The notes below the pieces were generated by a model. That model saw only the letters and a list, made by a program, of their open reading frames with translations, made no database searches and had not been told where the DNA came from. A DNA stretch of 64,000 nucleotides from an uncultured Nitrospiraceae bacterium (GTDB lineage: Bacteria; Nitrospirota; Thermodesulfovibrionia; Thermodesulfovibrionales; UBA6898), in contig CAWEQH010000010.1 of assembly GCA_963811165.1 (NCBI GenBank), positions 416,001 to 480,000 of the forward strand, written 5' to 3'. Within the stretch, counting starts at the first letter, position 1. Every line of letters starts with the position of its first letter. This document shows positions 31,381 through 41,159 of this stretch, in pieces. The position numbers and the translations under genes were made by a program.

Positions 31381-32168
31381 CAGTCCCTCCTCCCGAGTTC
31401 CTCGGCCCTCTTCTTTGCCGCAAGGAGGGCGTCGTTTACCGTTGCCCTAAAAGACCTTCCTTCAAACACCCTAAGCCCGGCCTCGGTCGTCCCTCCCGGC
31501 GACGTAACCATTATCCTCAGCCGCTCAGGCGGCATGCCGGTATCGAGGAGCTTTGAGGTGCCAAGCAGGGTCTGCACCGCGAGTTCTGCCGCATCCGATG
31601 CGGAAAGTCCCATCTTTTGCCCGCTTTCGATCATCGCCTCAGCGAACAGGGCAATAAATGCCGGCCCGCTTCCTGACAGGGCGGTTACGGCATTCATCAT
31701 CTCCTCAGGCAGTGTAAGGACCTTCCCTATGGACATCAGGATGCTCCTGACCACATTAAGTTCAGGACCGTAGGAACATCCGCAGAGCGACATTACCGAC
31801 ATCCCTTCAAGCACCAGCGCCGGAGTGTTGGGCATTACCCTTATCAACCTCTTCGTCCCGAGTCTCGACCCCAGATAGGAAAGGGTAATTCCCGCCGCGA
31901 TCGAAACGACTGTTTTTTGGCCGGTGACAGAGGGGGCGATCTCATTCAGCACAGAATCCATATTCTGGGGCTTTACCGCAAGTAATATGATTTCGCAGGA
32001 GGATGCAACTTCCGCATTGGATGCCGTGGCCTTTATCCCATATGTGTCCTTAAGCTCCCGGCGTCTTTCCTCTCTCGGCTCCGAGACCAGGACGTCCTTC
32101 ATCCCCTTTGCCGTCATTCCTTTGATCAATGCTTCAGCCATGTTTCCGCCGCCTATAAAACCAATCAT
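31380..32168 (-). CDS. proC: Pyrroline-5-carboxylate reductase
   Basis: GFIGGGNM, AVKPQ, RVMPNTP, SGSGPA and VTSPGGTT motifs. Confidence 0.97.
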   Translation of the reverse strand: MIGFIGGGNMAEALIKGMTAKGMKDVLVSEPREERRRELKDTYGIKATASNAEVASSCEIILLAVKPQNMDSVLNEIAPSVTGQKTVVSIAAGITLSYLGSRLGTKRLIRVMPNTPALVLEGMSVMSLCGCSYGPELNVVRSILMSIGKVLTLPEEMMNAVTALSGSGPAFIALFAEAMIESGQKMGLSASDAAELAVQTLLGTSKLLDTGMPPERLRIMVTSPGGTTEAGLRVFEGRSFRATVNDALLAAKKRAEELGRRD

Positions 32169-32900
32169 GCCGCCTCCTTCTTCCTTTCGCCGAATATTGC
32201 CGTGCCAACCCTCACCATGGTCGCTCCCTCTTCGACCGCGACCTCAAAATCATGAGACATGCCCATAGAAAGTTCCCGCAGGCTAAAGCCCATTGCCTCG
32301 GCGCCGTCTCTTATCTCTTTCAATTCTTTGAAATAGGGCCTCACCCTTTCAGGGTCGTCAAAGAAAGGCGGTATAGTCATAAGCCCTTCGACCTTCAGGT
32401 GCCTCATCTCTCTTAACCTATCGAGAGTCACTAACATTTTTTCCTGTGATATCCCATGTTTACTCTCTTCTTCTGAAAGTTTTACCTGAATAAGGATTCT
32501 CTGCTTTTTGTTTACCTTCTCCGCCGATCTGTTCAGTATTTCTGCAAGCTCCTCAGAGTCGACGGAATGTATCAGGTCGAAAAGCTCGATCGCCATTTTT
32601 GCCTTGTTCTTCTGCAGGTGGCCGATCAGGTGCCAGCAAGGCCTGTATCCCTTCAAAGTCCCTCCGGGAGGTACGCCAAGCAGATTTCTTACATCCGACA
32701 ACTTCCCGCCAAACTCCTGCACCCTGTTCTCTCCGAAGTCCCTGAGTCCTCAGCTCGAGTGCCTTCACCACGACAGCCGCCTCCACGTTCTTCGTCACCC
32801 CGACGAGTCTTACCTCGTGAGGGTCTCTGCCGACCTTCATCGTGGCATGGGCGATCCTCCTGTAGATGTTCTTTATGTTTTCCGAAAGTCCGCTTTCCAT
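32165..32900 (-). CDS. yggS: PLP homeostasis protein YggS (frameshift near 32745)
   Basis: VRLVGVTK in one frame; WHLIGHLQKNK, GLMTIPP and LSMGMSHDFEVAVEEGATMVRVGTAIFG in the next. Confidence 0.93.
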
Positions 32901-33002
32901 GTTTTTTTTTGGAAATATATAGTAGTATCTCTCCCGTGAAAATTCAATAAATATCCCACCAGGACATGATTAATCACGCCCCCACAAAATTTCTCACGGA
33001 TA

Positions 33003-33626
33003 TCACCTCACCACCCATGAGATAAACCATCCCCCAAAGACCATCAGGAAGAAGCCGCAGCCATAAAGCATGGACCTGTATCCCCTGTCCCCTATGAGAG
33101 TCCTGCCCCGGGAAACAGCCAGCGATAACAGGCTGTACCATGACAGGTCAGCAGCTATGTGTCCCGCAAAAAAGGCCGCAACTCCCGTAAAGCCGTACCT
33201 GGCTGAACTGACGAGATACCCCAGACCGGCTGTGGCCCACCATACCAGCCAGTAAGGATTCGAAAGACTTCCCACTACGCCTGCTATGACCGGATGAAGC
33301 CTTTTTTTATTACTCTCGGCCGTCATAACCAGCGTCGCGCCTGAGGCGTCTTTTATCATCATCCCGCCCATGAGAAGAAGAATTACGCCCCCTATCACGG
33401 CTATTGCAATCTTGGTCTTGTCCGCCGAAAAAAAAGGGGTGACGCCGGTCAGGAGAAGTACAACGAGGAACAGTTCAAGAATGCCGTGGCCAAGAATGAT
33501 CAGCGGACCCGCTACAAATCCCCGTTTTACCGATTCGCCGACGGTTATCGTAAAAAGAGGCCCAGGTACAAGCGCACCCGAGAAGGCAACGATAAAAGAA
33601 GATAGCGCGATAAGCGCGACATTCAT
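33003..33626 (-). CDS. LysE family transporter
   Basis: ALVPGPL...GHGILE...SLSNPYWLVWW; multi-pass hydrophobic protein. Confidence 0.88.
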   Translation of the reverse strand: MNVALIALSSFIVAFSGALVPGPLFTITVGESVKRGFVAGPLIILGHGILELFLVVLLLTGVTPFFSADKTKIAIAVIGGVILLLMGGMMIKDASGATLVMTAESNKKRLHPVIAGVVGSLSNPYWLVWWATAGLGYLVSSARYGFTGVAAFFAGHIAADLSWYSLLSLAVSRGRTLIGDRGYRSMLYGCGFFLMVFGGWFISWVVR

Positions 33627-35254
33627 ATGCCCACCGCCTCTTTATATTCCATCCAGAGTTTTTCCTTGGGGACCCCGGTATCGATAAAGTCCCATGGCAG
33701 TATCTCTTGTCCGTCTCTATGCCTGAAGATGTAGAAATCCCGATCGAAGCCCGTCCCTTTTTTTGAAGATAGATCATTTCCTGAGGCGATGTACTCGGCA
33801 GTCCTTGAAACCCGCCTGTCCCCAAGTGAGAAGAGACCCTGCAGGTATGCATATTTCGGAACGTCATGGAAAACCCTTATGCCCCTTACAGACACGAGGC
33901 CCTTCTTTAACAGTTTAAGCTTGTCCTTCACTTCCTTTAAGGGCGCCATGGGGTGCCACTGAAATGGAGTGAAGGGCTTCGGGACAAACGTGCTGACACT
34001 GAGAGTGATATAGCCCCTGGCCGTGTTCTCACGCATTTTTTTGACGAGGGTGATTATCCCTTCGATATCGTCCATGGTTTCGGTCGGCAGGCCTATCATG
34101 AAGTAGAGTCTGAGGGTCTCTATCCCGCTGTCGAGAATGATCTTCGACGTCTCTAATATGTCTTCATCCCTGATCTTTTTATTGACGACGTCCCGGAGTC
34201 TCTGGGTACCCGCCTCGGGCGCAATAGAGACGCTCTTATGCCCCTTCATCAGACTTACTATCCGGCCGCTCCTGGGACTGGCCCTGAGGGAAGTGATAGA
34301 AAAATCCACACCCTCGATCGCCAGTACTTCCTCTGCATGAGGATAATCTGAAAGCGATGGACCTATGAGGCCGATTTTTGACGTAAGGGCTGAGGCGTCC
34401 TTTATCTCTTGCCTAAGAACGCCGATGTCCTTCCCCCTGGCAGGCTTGTATATGCGGCCGGCCACACAGAACCTGCATGACCAAACACAGCCCCTCATCG
34501 CTTCAATAAGAAACATGTCGGAAAACTCGGCCTCGGGCGTTGTGATGACGGGTTTAAGGGGTGATTTAGAGATGTCTGTGACTGTCCTTTTCCTGATGAC
34601 CTCCGGGGCGCTTGAAAGACTTCTCCGTGCCATAATCCCGCCGTTATCGGCGAAATACTCGACCTCATAATACCTGGGCACATAAATTCCTTCGATCCCT
34701 GCCGCCTTTTCACACAACTCGTCCTTCGATGAAGAGCCCCTGAAGACAGAGAGAAATTCCGGAAGCATCTCTTCGGCTTCTCCTATAAAACAGATATCGA
34801 AAAAATCGGCCAGCGGCTCCGGATTATAAAAGGCGCAGACGCCGCCCATCGCAACCACGGGATGTCCGGCGTTCCTTTCGGCACTGCGCGGCGGTATATT
34901 GGCCATTTTCAGGATCTTCACTATATTCGGATAATCGTTTTCAAAGGAGACTGAAAACGCTACGATATCGAACCTCGACAGTTGCCTCTTAGATTCGAGC
35001 GTAAAGATCTCCGTATTTGTCCTTAGGTGTTCCTCGATCTCATCGGGCCCCGGAAGGAAGGCCCGCTCGCATACCACGTCGTTCGTGGCGTTTAGCAGCC
35101 CGTAAATGCCCTGAAAGCCGAGATTCGACATCCCCACAGAATAGGTATTTGGAAATACAAGGGCTATCCTGATCTTGCCGCCCGGGTCCTTGAAAACAGT
35201 CCCCTTCTCTTTCGAAAGGAGATATTCGGCTCTCTCTAGTAATTTCTTATTCAT
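33623..35254 (-). CDS. Radical SAM protein with B12-binding-like N-terminus (TIGR03960-like)
   Basis: FPNTYSVGMSNLG, RGCVWSCRFC, APEAGTQRLR, YFMIGLPTE and FVPKPFTPFQW motifs. Confidence 0.85.
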   Translation of the reverse strand: MNKKLLERAEYLLSKEKGTVFKDPGGKIRIALVFPNTYSVGMSNLGFQGIYGLLNATNDVVCERAFLPGPDEIEEHLRTNTEIFTLESKRQLSRFDIVAFSVSFENDYPNIVKILKMANIPPRSAERNAGHPVVAMGGVCAFYNPEPLADFFDICFIGEAEEMLPEFLSVFRGSSSKDELCEKAAGIEGIYVPRYYEVEYFADNGGIMARRSLSSAPEVIRKRTVTDISKSPLKPVITTPEAEFSDMFLIEAMRGCVWSCRFCVAGRIYKPARGKDIGVLRQEIKDASALTSKIGLIGPSLSDYPHAEEVLAIEGVDFSITSLRASPRSGRIVSLMKGHKSVSIAPEAGTQRLRDVVNKKIRDEDILETSKIILDSGIETLRLYFMIGLPTETMDDIEGIITLVKKMRENTARGYITLSVSTFVPKPFTPFQWHPMAPLKEVKDKLKLLKKGLVSVRGIRVFHDVPKYAYLQGLFSLGDRRVSRTAEYIASGNDLSSKKGTGFDRDFYIFRHRDGQEILPWDFIDTGVPKEKLWMEYKEAVGI

Positions 35255-35348
35255 AGGGAAATAAACGCTCCACACTATTATACTTTTTTTATTTCCCTCG
35301 GTAACAGTCGGTCCTTTCATTTGTTCTGCAGGCATGTTAAAATTTCGC

Positions 35349-35792
35349 ATGAAAATCGTTGCGCAGAACCGGAAGGCGTTCCATGATTATTCGATAGAAG
35401 AGACGATTGAGGCCGGCATTATCCTTACCGGGACCGAGGTCAAATCCCTAAGAGACGGCAAGGCCAATCTCAAGGACAGCTACGTGATCATTAAGGGCAC
35501 GGAAGTCCTGCTTCTTAACTGCCATATCAGTCCTTACATCCACGGCAACATAATGAACCACGACCCTGTGCGGACACGAAAACTCCTCCTGCATAAAAAA
35601 GAGATCGCGCGGATACAGGGCAAGGCTTTTCAAAAGGGGTACTCTCTCATCCCTCTTAAGATCTATTTCAAAGGCTCCCTGGCCAAGGTGGAAATAGGTC
35701 TTGCCAGAGGAAAAAAGATGTTTGAAAAAAGGGAATCGATCAAAAAAAGAGAGGCCGACAGGGAGATAGAGCGGGCGATGAAGACCCGCTAG
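35349..35792 (+). CDS. smpB: SsrA-binding protein
   Basis: [23 protein letters not shown] and RTRKLLLHK motifs. Confidence 0.97.
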   Translation: MKIVAQNRKAFHDYSIEETIEAGIILTGTEVKSLRDGKANLKDSYVIIKGTEVLLLNCHISPYIHGNIMNHDPVRTRKLLLHKKEIARIQGKAFQKGYSLIPLKIYFKGSLAKVEIGLARGKKMFEKRESIKKREADREIERAMKTR

Positions 35793-35909
35793 CCCACATT
35801 ATTTATTAACGGTGGAACGATAAGGAGGGTTATAGTATTTTCGCTCATTCTCGCTGCGCTCCGGGGCTTTTGCCTCATGATCGAGGAAAAACATAAATAC
35901 TGTAGGTAT

Positions 35910-35931
35910 ACCTGCCTGCCGGCAGGCAGGT
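35910..35931. repeat. Perfect 22-bp palindrome (REP-like)
   Basis: ACCTGCCTGCCGGCAGGCAGGT is its own reverse complement; intergenic. Confidence 0.75.
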
Positions 35932-36098
35932 CGGCAAAAGAAACCGCGCAAATACTATACCCCGCCTTATTTGACTCTATTTGTCTGAAATTCATGAATA
36001 CTGTGCGCAAACAGTTCCCTAGGCGGCCTTGTCTGCGTTTTGCCGTCCTGACTATATTTCATGTTGGAATAAGGTGATGCGTTTATTCCATAATAGTT

Positions 36099-37100
36099 GT
36101 GATGGGAAGGTCTATTTCCGTAATTGTCCCCAACTATAACGGCGGTCGTACCATAGGAAGATGTCTGGAGGCGCTCTTTGCCTCTTCTTACGATAATTTC
36201 GAGGTGATAGTGGTTGACGACTGCTCTTCAGACGGCTCAGCCGAGATCATCCGCCGGTTTCCCTGCAGGCCCGTTTTGCTCGACGAACGGTCCGGCGCAT
36301 CGAGGGCAAGGAACATCGGCGCCCAAAACAGCGCCGGCGAGGTCCTCTTTTTTATCGACGCCGACTGCATGGTACAGAGGGACACCCTTTCTCAGGTGGA
36401 CCGGACGGTTGACACCGGAGAAAAGGCGGTAGTGGGAGGGACTTATACCAGATTGCCCGGCGACGACCGCTTCTTCAGCATATTCCAGTCCGTTTTCATT
36501 CACTACTCCGAAACAAAAAAAAAGAGACCTGATTATATTGCAAGCCATGCGATGGCGATCGAAAGGGGCCTCTTCGAAAAAAGCGGCGGGTTCCCGGAAG
36601 ACTTTATGCCGATCATAGAGGACGTCGAATTCAGCCACAGGCTCCGCCGTACCGGATCCGTTCTCAGGATGGACCCCTCTATACTTGTAAGCCACTTCTT
36701 TGATTTCACCTTTATGAAGTCCCTTAAAAACGCCTTCCGCAAATCAATGTACTGGACCGCCTACTCATTGAAAAACCGCGATCTCCTGAGCGACTCGGGT
36801 ACTGCCTCGAAGGAGCTAAAAACAAATGTAGCAGCCTATTTTTCCGTCCTTTTCATCTGCGCCCTTTCTCTCATTATTCACAGGCCTGCGCTCATGTCGT
36901 GCGCCCTGCCCATTCTGGGCTTCAACGCCTATATCAACCGAAACTTTTTTTCAGTGCTCCGGGACACTCGGGGGGATGGATTTGCAATTCTGTCGGCCCT
37001 TTATTACCTGCTCCTCTATCCCCTGCCTGTAGGGGCCGGTTCAATAGCAGGTGCGATAAGGTATTCGTTTCGACTGGGACAGATCGAGGGGATGCGCTGA
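36099..37100 (+). CDS. Glycosyltransferase family 2 with C-terminal membrane helices
   Basis: SVIVPNYN, VVDDCSSD, ARNIG, FIDAD and EDVEF motifs. Confidence 0.92.
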   Translation: MMGRSISVIVPNYNGGRTIGRCLEALFASSYDNFEVIVVDDCSSDGSAEIIRRFPCRPVLLDERSGASRARNIGAQNSAGEVLFFIDADCMVQRDTLSQVDRTVDTGEKAVVGGTYTRLPGDDRFFSIFQSVFIHYSETKKKRPDYIASHAMAIERGLFEKSGGFPEDFMPIIEDVEFSHRLRRTGSVLRMDPSILVSHFFDFTFMKSLKNAFRKSMYWTAYSLKNRDLLSDSGTASKELKTNVAAYFSVLFICALSLIIHRPALMSCALPILGFNAYINRNFFSVLRDTRGDGFAILSALYYLLLYPLPVGAGSIAGAIRYSFRLGQIEGMR

Positions 37101-38182
37101 TGTATTCGCCATTTAGGCATGCGGGCTCGATCATATGGAAAAGGCGGCCGATCCATCTCACCTTTTTCCTGACCAGAAGGTGCAACTCACACTGCCCCTT
37201 CTGTTTTTATCTGAAGGGCCGCGACGAAGTCCCGGATCGAAAACGTGAGCTTGACATTGAGGAGATCAGAAGTATTTCCGCATCTTTTGGCGACCTCCTC
37301 TGGCTGGCCTTCTCGGGCGGTGAGATCTATTTAAGGGACGACCTCCCCGAAATAAGCAAGATATTCTATGAGCAAAACCGCCCGCCCATCATGCTCTTCC
37401 CGACCAACGGGCTTCTGCCGGAACTGATCTTGGAAAGGACCGAACGCATCGTAAGAGACTGTCCCAAAAGCGTGATTGCGGTCAAGCTTTCAGTCGACGG
37501 CATCGGGGACGATCACGACAGGCTCCGTAACACGCCTGGCAGTTTTGCTAAGACGATGGAGACTTACCGCCTTCTTGCCGGCCTTATCGGGAAATATCCT
37601 AATTTCGAGCTAGGCGTAAATACCGTCTTCTGCTCTGAAAACCAGGACAGGATGGACGAGATAATCGATTTTGCAGGCGGACTGAAAGACATAAAGACAC
37701 ACACCATATCCCTCATCAGAGGGGACCTCGTCCAAGACGGGTTCAAACGGGTGGATATCGGGAAATACCGCGCCGCCATCGAACGGCTCGAACATAACCT
37801 TAAGGACAAGACCTCCCGCACGTACCGTTTCAAGGGCGCAAAGATCAAGGCCGCGCAAGACATTATACAGCGTAACCTGATCCATAGGACGATCCTTGAG
37901 AGGAAACGGCTTCTTGAATGTTATGCCGGAAAGCTGAACGTCGTCCTGACTGAAACCGGCGAACTCTTTCCTTGCGAGATACTTACGAAGTCCTTTGGTA
38001 ACATCAGAGAGCACGATTTCGATATAGGCAAGGCCCTCGGCACGGACAAGGCCAAGGCGATCACAAAGTCGATCGAAGACAGAAAGTGTTATTGCACTCA
38101 CGAGTGTTATTTCATGACCAACATACTCTTTAACCCGAGATTGTATCCCGCCTTGCTAAAGGAATATCTGGAGCTTCGCTGA
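37100..38182 (+). CDS. Radical SAM protein with SPASM/twitch-like C-terminus
   Basis: TRRCNSHCPFC, SGGE, CYAG...FPCE and CYCTHEC motifs; ATG overlaps the GT2 stop. Confidence 0.88.
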   Translation: MYSPFRHAGSIIWKRRPIHLTFFLTRRCNSHCPFCFYLKGRDEVPDRKRELDIEEIRSISASFGDLLWLAFSGGEIYLRDDLPEISKIFYEQNRPPIMLFPTNGLLPELILERTERIVRDCPKSVIAVKLSVDGIGDDHDRLRNTPGSFAKTMETYRLLAGLIGKYPNFELGVNTVFCSENQDRMDEIIDFAGGLKDIKTHTISLIRGDLVQDGFKRVDIGKYRAAIERLEHNLKDKTSRTYRFKGAKIKAAQDIIQRNLIHRTILERKRLLECYAGKLNVVLTETGELFPCEILTKSFGNIREHDFDIGKALGTDKAKAITKSIEDRKCYCTHECYFMTNILFNPRLYPALLKEYLELR

Positions 38183-39651
38183 TGTCCGGACCGCTCCAAA
38201 GGAAATTCCTCTACGGCGCGGTCTTTCTTATCTGGCTTCTTACCATGTCTGTTCTTGTTTTCAGACATTACCACCCCTTTCACGTTTCGCGCGAGACGGC
38301 ATCCGCCGGTTTGCCGGAGGAGTTCTTCGGTGAGCAATGGATGGGGGTCTACTTCAAGGGAAATAAGATAGGTCATTCAAGGAGACTGTTCGAAAAAACG
38401 GCCTTTGGCTACAGGATGTCCGAGACGCTCGACATCGACATGAAGATAATGGATGCACTAAAGAAGGTCGAAACCGAGACCGAAGTCCTGATGTCTAAGG
38501 ACCTCTCCCTTATGTCGTTTCGTGCCGACCTCAAAGGGGACGCAGACATAAAAGTATCCGGCGATGTCTCGGGCGCCGACCTTCGCGTGACTATAGAGGC
38601 TGCGGGTGGACGGATGACAAGGACTATCCCGATGAAAGAAGTGCCTTCGCTCAGCCTTTCGCTGGTACCGCAGATATTTAAGGGCGGGATAGCTCCGGGT
38701 AAGCGTTTCTCGATACCGGTGATTGACCCGGCCTCGCTTTCCCGGGAGATAGTACCGATAGAAGTAGCAGGGAAAGAAAGGATCGTCATCTCCGGGCAGG
38801 CTAAGGAGGCATACAGGCTAAAAGGCTCTTCAAAGAGTGCTGATTTTTCCATCTGGGTCACGGAGAGGGGAGAGATAGTAAAAGAAGAGAGCCCGATGGG
38901 GTTTACGCTCCTTAGGGAGAACAAAGAAGAGGCCCTTAGGAAAGGGATGGTCGCCTTCGACCTGACGGAGCGGGTTGCGGCACCTTTCAATATGAAATTG
39001 CCTGATAGGGTCCGCTACCTAAAGATAAGGCTTTCGGGCATTGATTTAGATGATTTCGGCCTGGAAGGCGGCAGACAAAGAAGATCAGGCAACAGTATCG
39101 AGATTCGTCAGGAGGACCTTGGCGCCTTGTCATTACGGCAGGGACCGAAGAGCGAAAAGGAAAAGGCGCGTCTTTCCCCTGAGTACCTTCAAGACACCCC
39201 GTTTGTGCAATCCAGGGACAGTCGGATAATCACCTTATCTAAGAAGATCGTCGGGACGGAAAAAGACCCCCTCAGGGCATCGAGGCATATTTACAATTGG
39301 GTCTATACACACATCGAAAAAGCGCCTGTGTTGAGCATCCCCATAGCGACGGAAGTACTGAAGACGAAAACAGGCGACTGTAACGAACACACAACGCTCT
39401 TTACCGCCCTTGCCCGGGCGTCTGGCATTCCCACAAGGATGGCCCTCGGCCTCGTTTATAAAGAAGGCAAATTCTATTATCATGCATGGCCCGAGATATT
39501 CGCAGGGGCCTGGGTAGCCATAGACCCTACGCTGGGGCAGTTCCCGGCCGACGCAGCCCATATCAGGCTCATTACCGGTGATATCGATCGGCAGGTAAGG
39601 CTTGCAAAGATTATAGGGAAGATAAAGATCGAAGGAATAAAATATCGGTAA
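38182..39651 (+). CDS. Membrane-anchored transglutaminase-like protein
   Basis: N-terminal TM segment; GDCNEH...ARASGIPTR...HAWPE...DPT Cys-His-Asp triad. Confidence 0.88.
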   Translation: MSGPLQRKFLYGAVFLIWLLTMSVLVFRHYHPFHVSRETASAGLPEEFFGEQWMGVYFKGNKIGHSRRLFEKTAFGYRMSETLDIDMKIMDALKKVETETEVLMSKDLSLMSFRADLKGDADIKVSGDVSGADLRVTIEAAGGRMTRTIPMKEVPSLSLSLVPQIFKGGIAPGKRFSIPVIDPASLSREIVPIEVAGKERIVISGQAKEAYRLKGSSKSADFSIWVTERGEIVKEESPMGFTLLRENKEEALRKGMVAFDLTERVAAPFNMKLPDRVRYLKIRLSGIDLDDFGLEGGRQRRSGNSIEIRQEDLGALSLRQGPKSEKEKARLSPEYLQDTPFVQSRDSRIITLSKKIVGTEKDPLRASRHIYNWVYTHIEKAPVLSIPIATEVLKTKTGDCNEHTTLFTALARASGIPTRMALGLVYKEGKFYYHAWPEIFAGAWVAIDPTLGQFPADAAHIRLITGDIDRQVRLAKIIGKIKIEGIKYR

Positions 39652-39684
39652 GCGGAGGACAAACCCTTCTGATATAATTTTGCT

Positions 39685-39915
39685 ATGAAGGTAAAGATAA
39701 AGCTTTTTGCGACACTGAGAAAGTTCGGTCCTGAGGAACAGGTGGTGGATCTGCCCGAAAACGCCACAATCGATGACGCCATAAATTTGCTAAACTTTCC
39801 GGAAAAAATCCCGCTGTTAAAAATCGTGAACGGTGAGCACAGGCCTCCCAAACACCCTTTAAAAGACGGTGACGAACTTGCCCTCTTTCCCCCCATCGCC
39901 GGCGGGAGTAAGTAG
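39685..39915 (+). CDS. MoaD/ThiS family sulfur carrier
   Basis: KLFATLR...LKDGDELALFPPIAGG followed by SK. Confidence 0.9.
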   Translation: MKVKIKLFATLRKFGPEEQVVDLPENATIDDAINLLNFPEKIPLLKIVNGEHRPPKHPLKDGDELALFPPIAGGSK

Positions 39916-39923
39916 GGATTCCC

Positions 39924-40760
39924 GTGGAAATTATAAATGCAAAGAAGAAAATTGAGAGCCTTAGCGTTGAGAAGGCAAAGGAATGGGTTGCGGGCAAGAA
40001 AAAGGATGATTTTATTCTTCTCGACGTACGTCAGCCTGAAGAATATAGGACGGGCCATCTTCCCGGGGCCGCGTTTATCCCGCTGCCGGACCTCATAGAC
40101 AAAGTTGGTGAACTTGATCCTGCGAAAGCCGTGCTCGCCTACTGTAGAAGCGGCAACCGAAGCAGGGCAGCTGCGGCATTTTTACTAAGCGAAGGGTTCT
40201 CTAAAGTGTACAGTATGGACGGAGGTATCACCGCATGGAACGGGCATGTTGCAACAGGAGACTACACTGAAGGTCTTGTTCTGCTCAAAGGAAGGGAAAC
40301 AACAGAAGAATTAATGTCACTGGCCCTGGCCCTCGAGGAAGGCAGCCGAATATTTTATGCGGGCATCGCAGAGTCAACGTCCGACGCGGAAGCGAAGATC
40401 ATATTCACTGCAATCTCAAAGGCCGAAGCAAAACATAAGACGAATGTCCTTCAGGCTTACACGCTGGTTACGGGAAAAAACGTCTCTGAAGATATTTTGA
40501 ATAGTGAGCCGCTAAAGGGAGTCATGGAGGGAGGTGTCAGGATTGAGGACGCCATTGGCTTTCTAAATAAGCAGGGCAATGCCTTGTTGGATACACTTGA
40601 AATCGCAATGCAGGTTGAAACTAACTCGCTTGACTTGTATATCAAAATGTTCCGGGAGATAGAGGACATAAAAGCAAAGAAAATCTTCGGTGGCCTTATC
40701 GAAGAAGAAAAACTCCATCTGTCCGGATTGGGAAATCTCCTTGGTGCAACGCTTCGTTAG
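39924..40760 (+). CDS. Rhodanese domain fused to a ferritin/rubrerythrin-like domain
   Basis: LDVRQPEEY...GHLPGA, YCRSGNRS and MDGGITAW motifs, then LEEGSRIFY...EAKHK...ETNSLDLY...EEKLH. Confidence 0.85.
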   Translation: MEIINAKKKIESLSVEKAKEWVAGKKKDDFILLDVRQPEEYRTGHLPGAAFIPLPDLIDKVGELDPAKAVLAYCRSGNRSRAAAAFLLSEGFSKVYSMDGGITAWNGHVATGDYTEGLVLLKGRETTEELMSLALALEEGSRIFYAGIAESTSDAEAKIIFTAISKAEAKHKTNVLQAYTLVTGKNVSEDILNSEPLKGVMEGGVRIEDAIGFLNKQGNALLDTLEIAMQVETNSLDLYIKMFREIEDIKAKKIFGGLIEEEKLHLSGLGNLLGATLR

Positions 40761-40763
40761 CCA

Positions 40764-41159
40764 TTATTCATAGTTCCTGTCTAATGTAACATCCAGCCAT
40801 CCCAGAGCGTCCTCTATGCGTTTGAAAACTGCCGTTTTGAGGCTAGCGCGATCAACAAGTGCCTGATGCACTCGTGAGCTGCCATATGCTAAATCCATCG
40901 GCGACACAAAAGCGCATCTCTCGCCGGTAAATATACTGGCAAGCTTTATCTTCTTATGAGCGATTGAATATGCTTCTTTCAAAGAAATTCTAATGCTTTC
41001 AATAGTTCTGTAATCAACGAGCTTTTTCATTGGCGCCTTGTACCTATCGTCCACGGCCAAGGCGTCAAGATGTCTTATTACATCAATACCAGTAATCACA
41101 CCGGAGCCTTTTGCCAGTATTAATTTTTTGTCCATTATGATGTCATATTCAATAGACAT
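40764..41159 (-). CDS. Hypothetical protein in an integron-cassette-like setting
   Basis: 131-aa ORF with GGAG RBS, bracketed by a 10-bp inverted repeat (CGTTAGCCAT 40755-40764, ATGGCTAACG 41171-41180). Confidence 0.7.
   Translation of the reverse strand: MSIEYDIIMDKKLILAKGSGVITGIDVIRHLDALAVDDRYKAPMKKLVDYRTIESIRISLKEAYSIAHKKIKLASIFTGERCAFVSPMDLAYGSSRVHQALVDRASLKTAVFKRIEDALGWLDVTLDRNYE

Noticed and set aside
35793..36098. tmRNA (ssrA) next to smpB
   Set aside because: No GGGG(C/G) 5' end, T-arm or CCA tRNA-like 3' end is recognisable on either strand.
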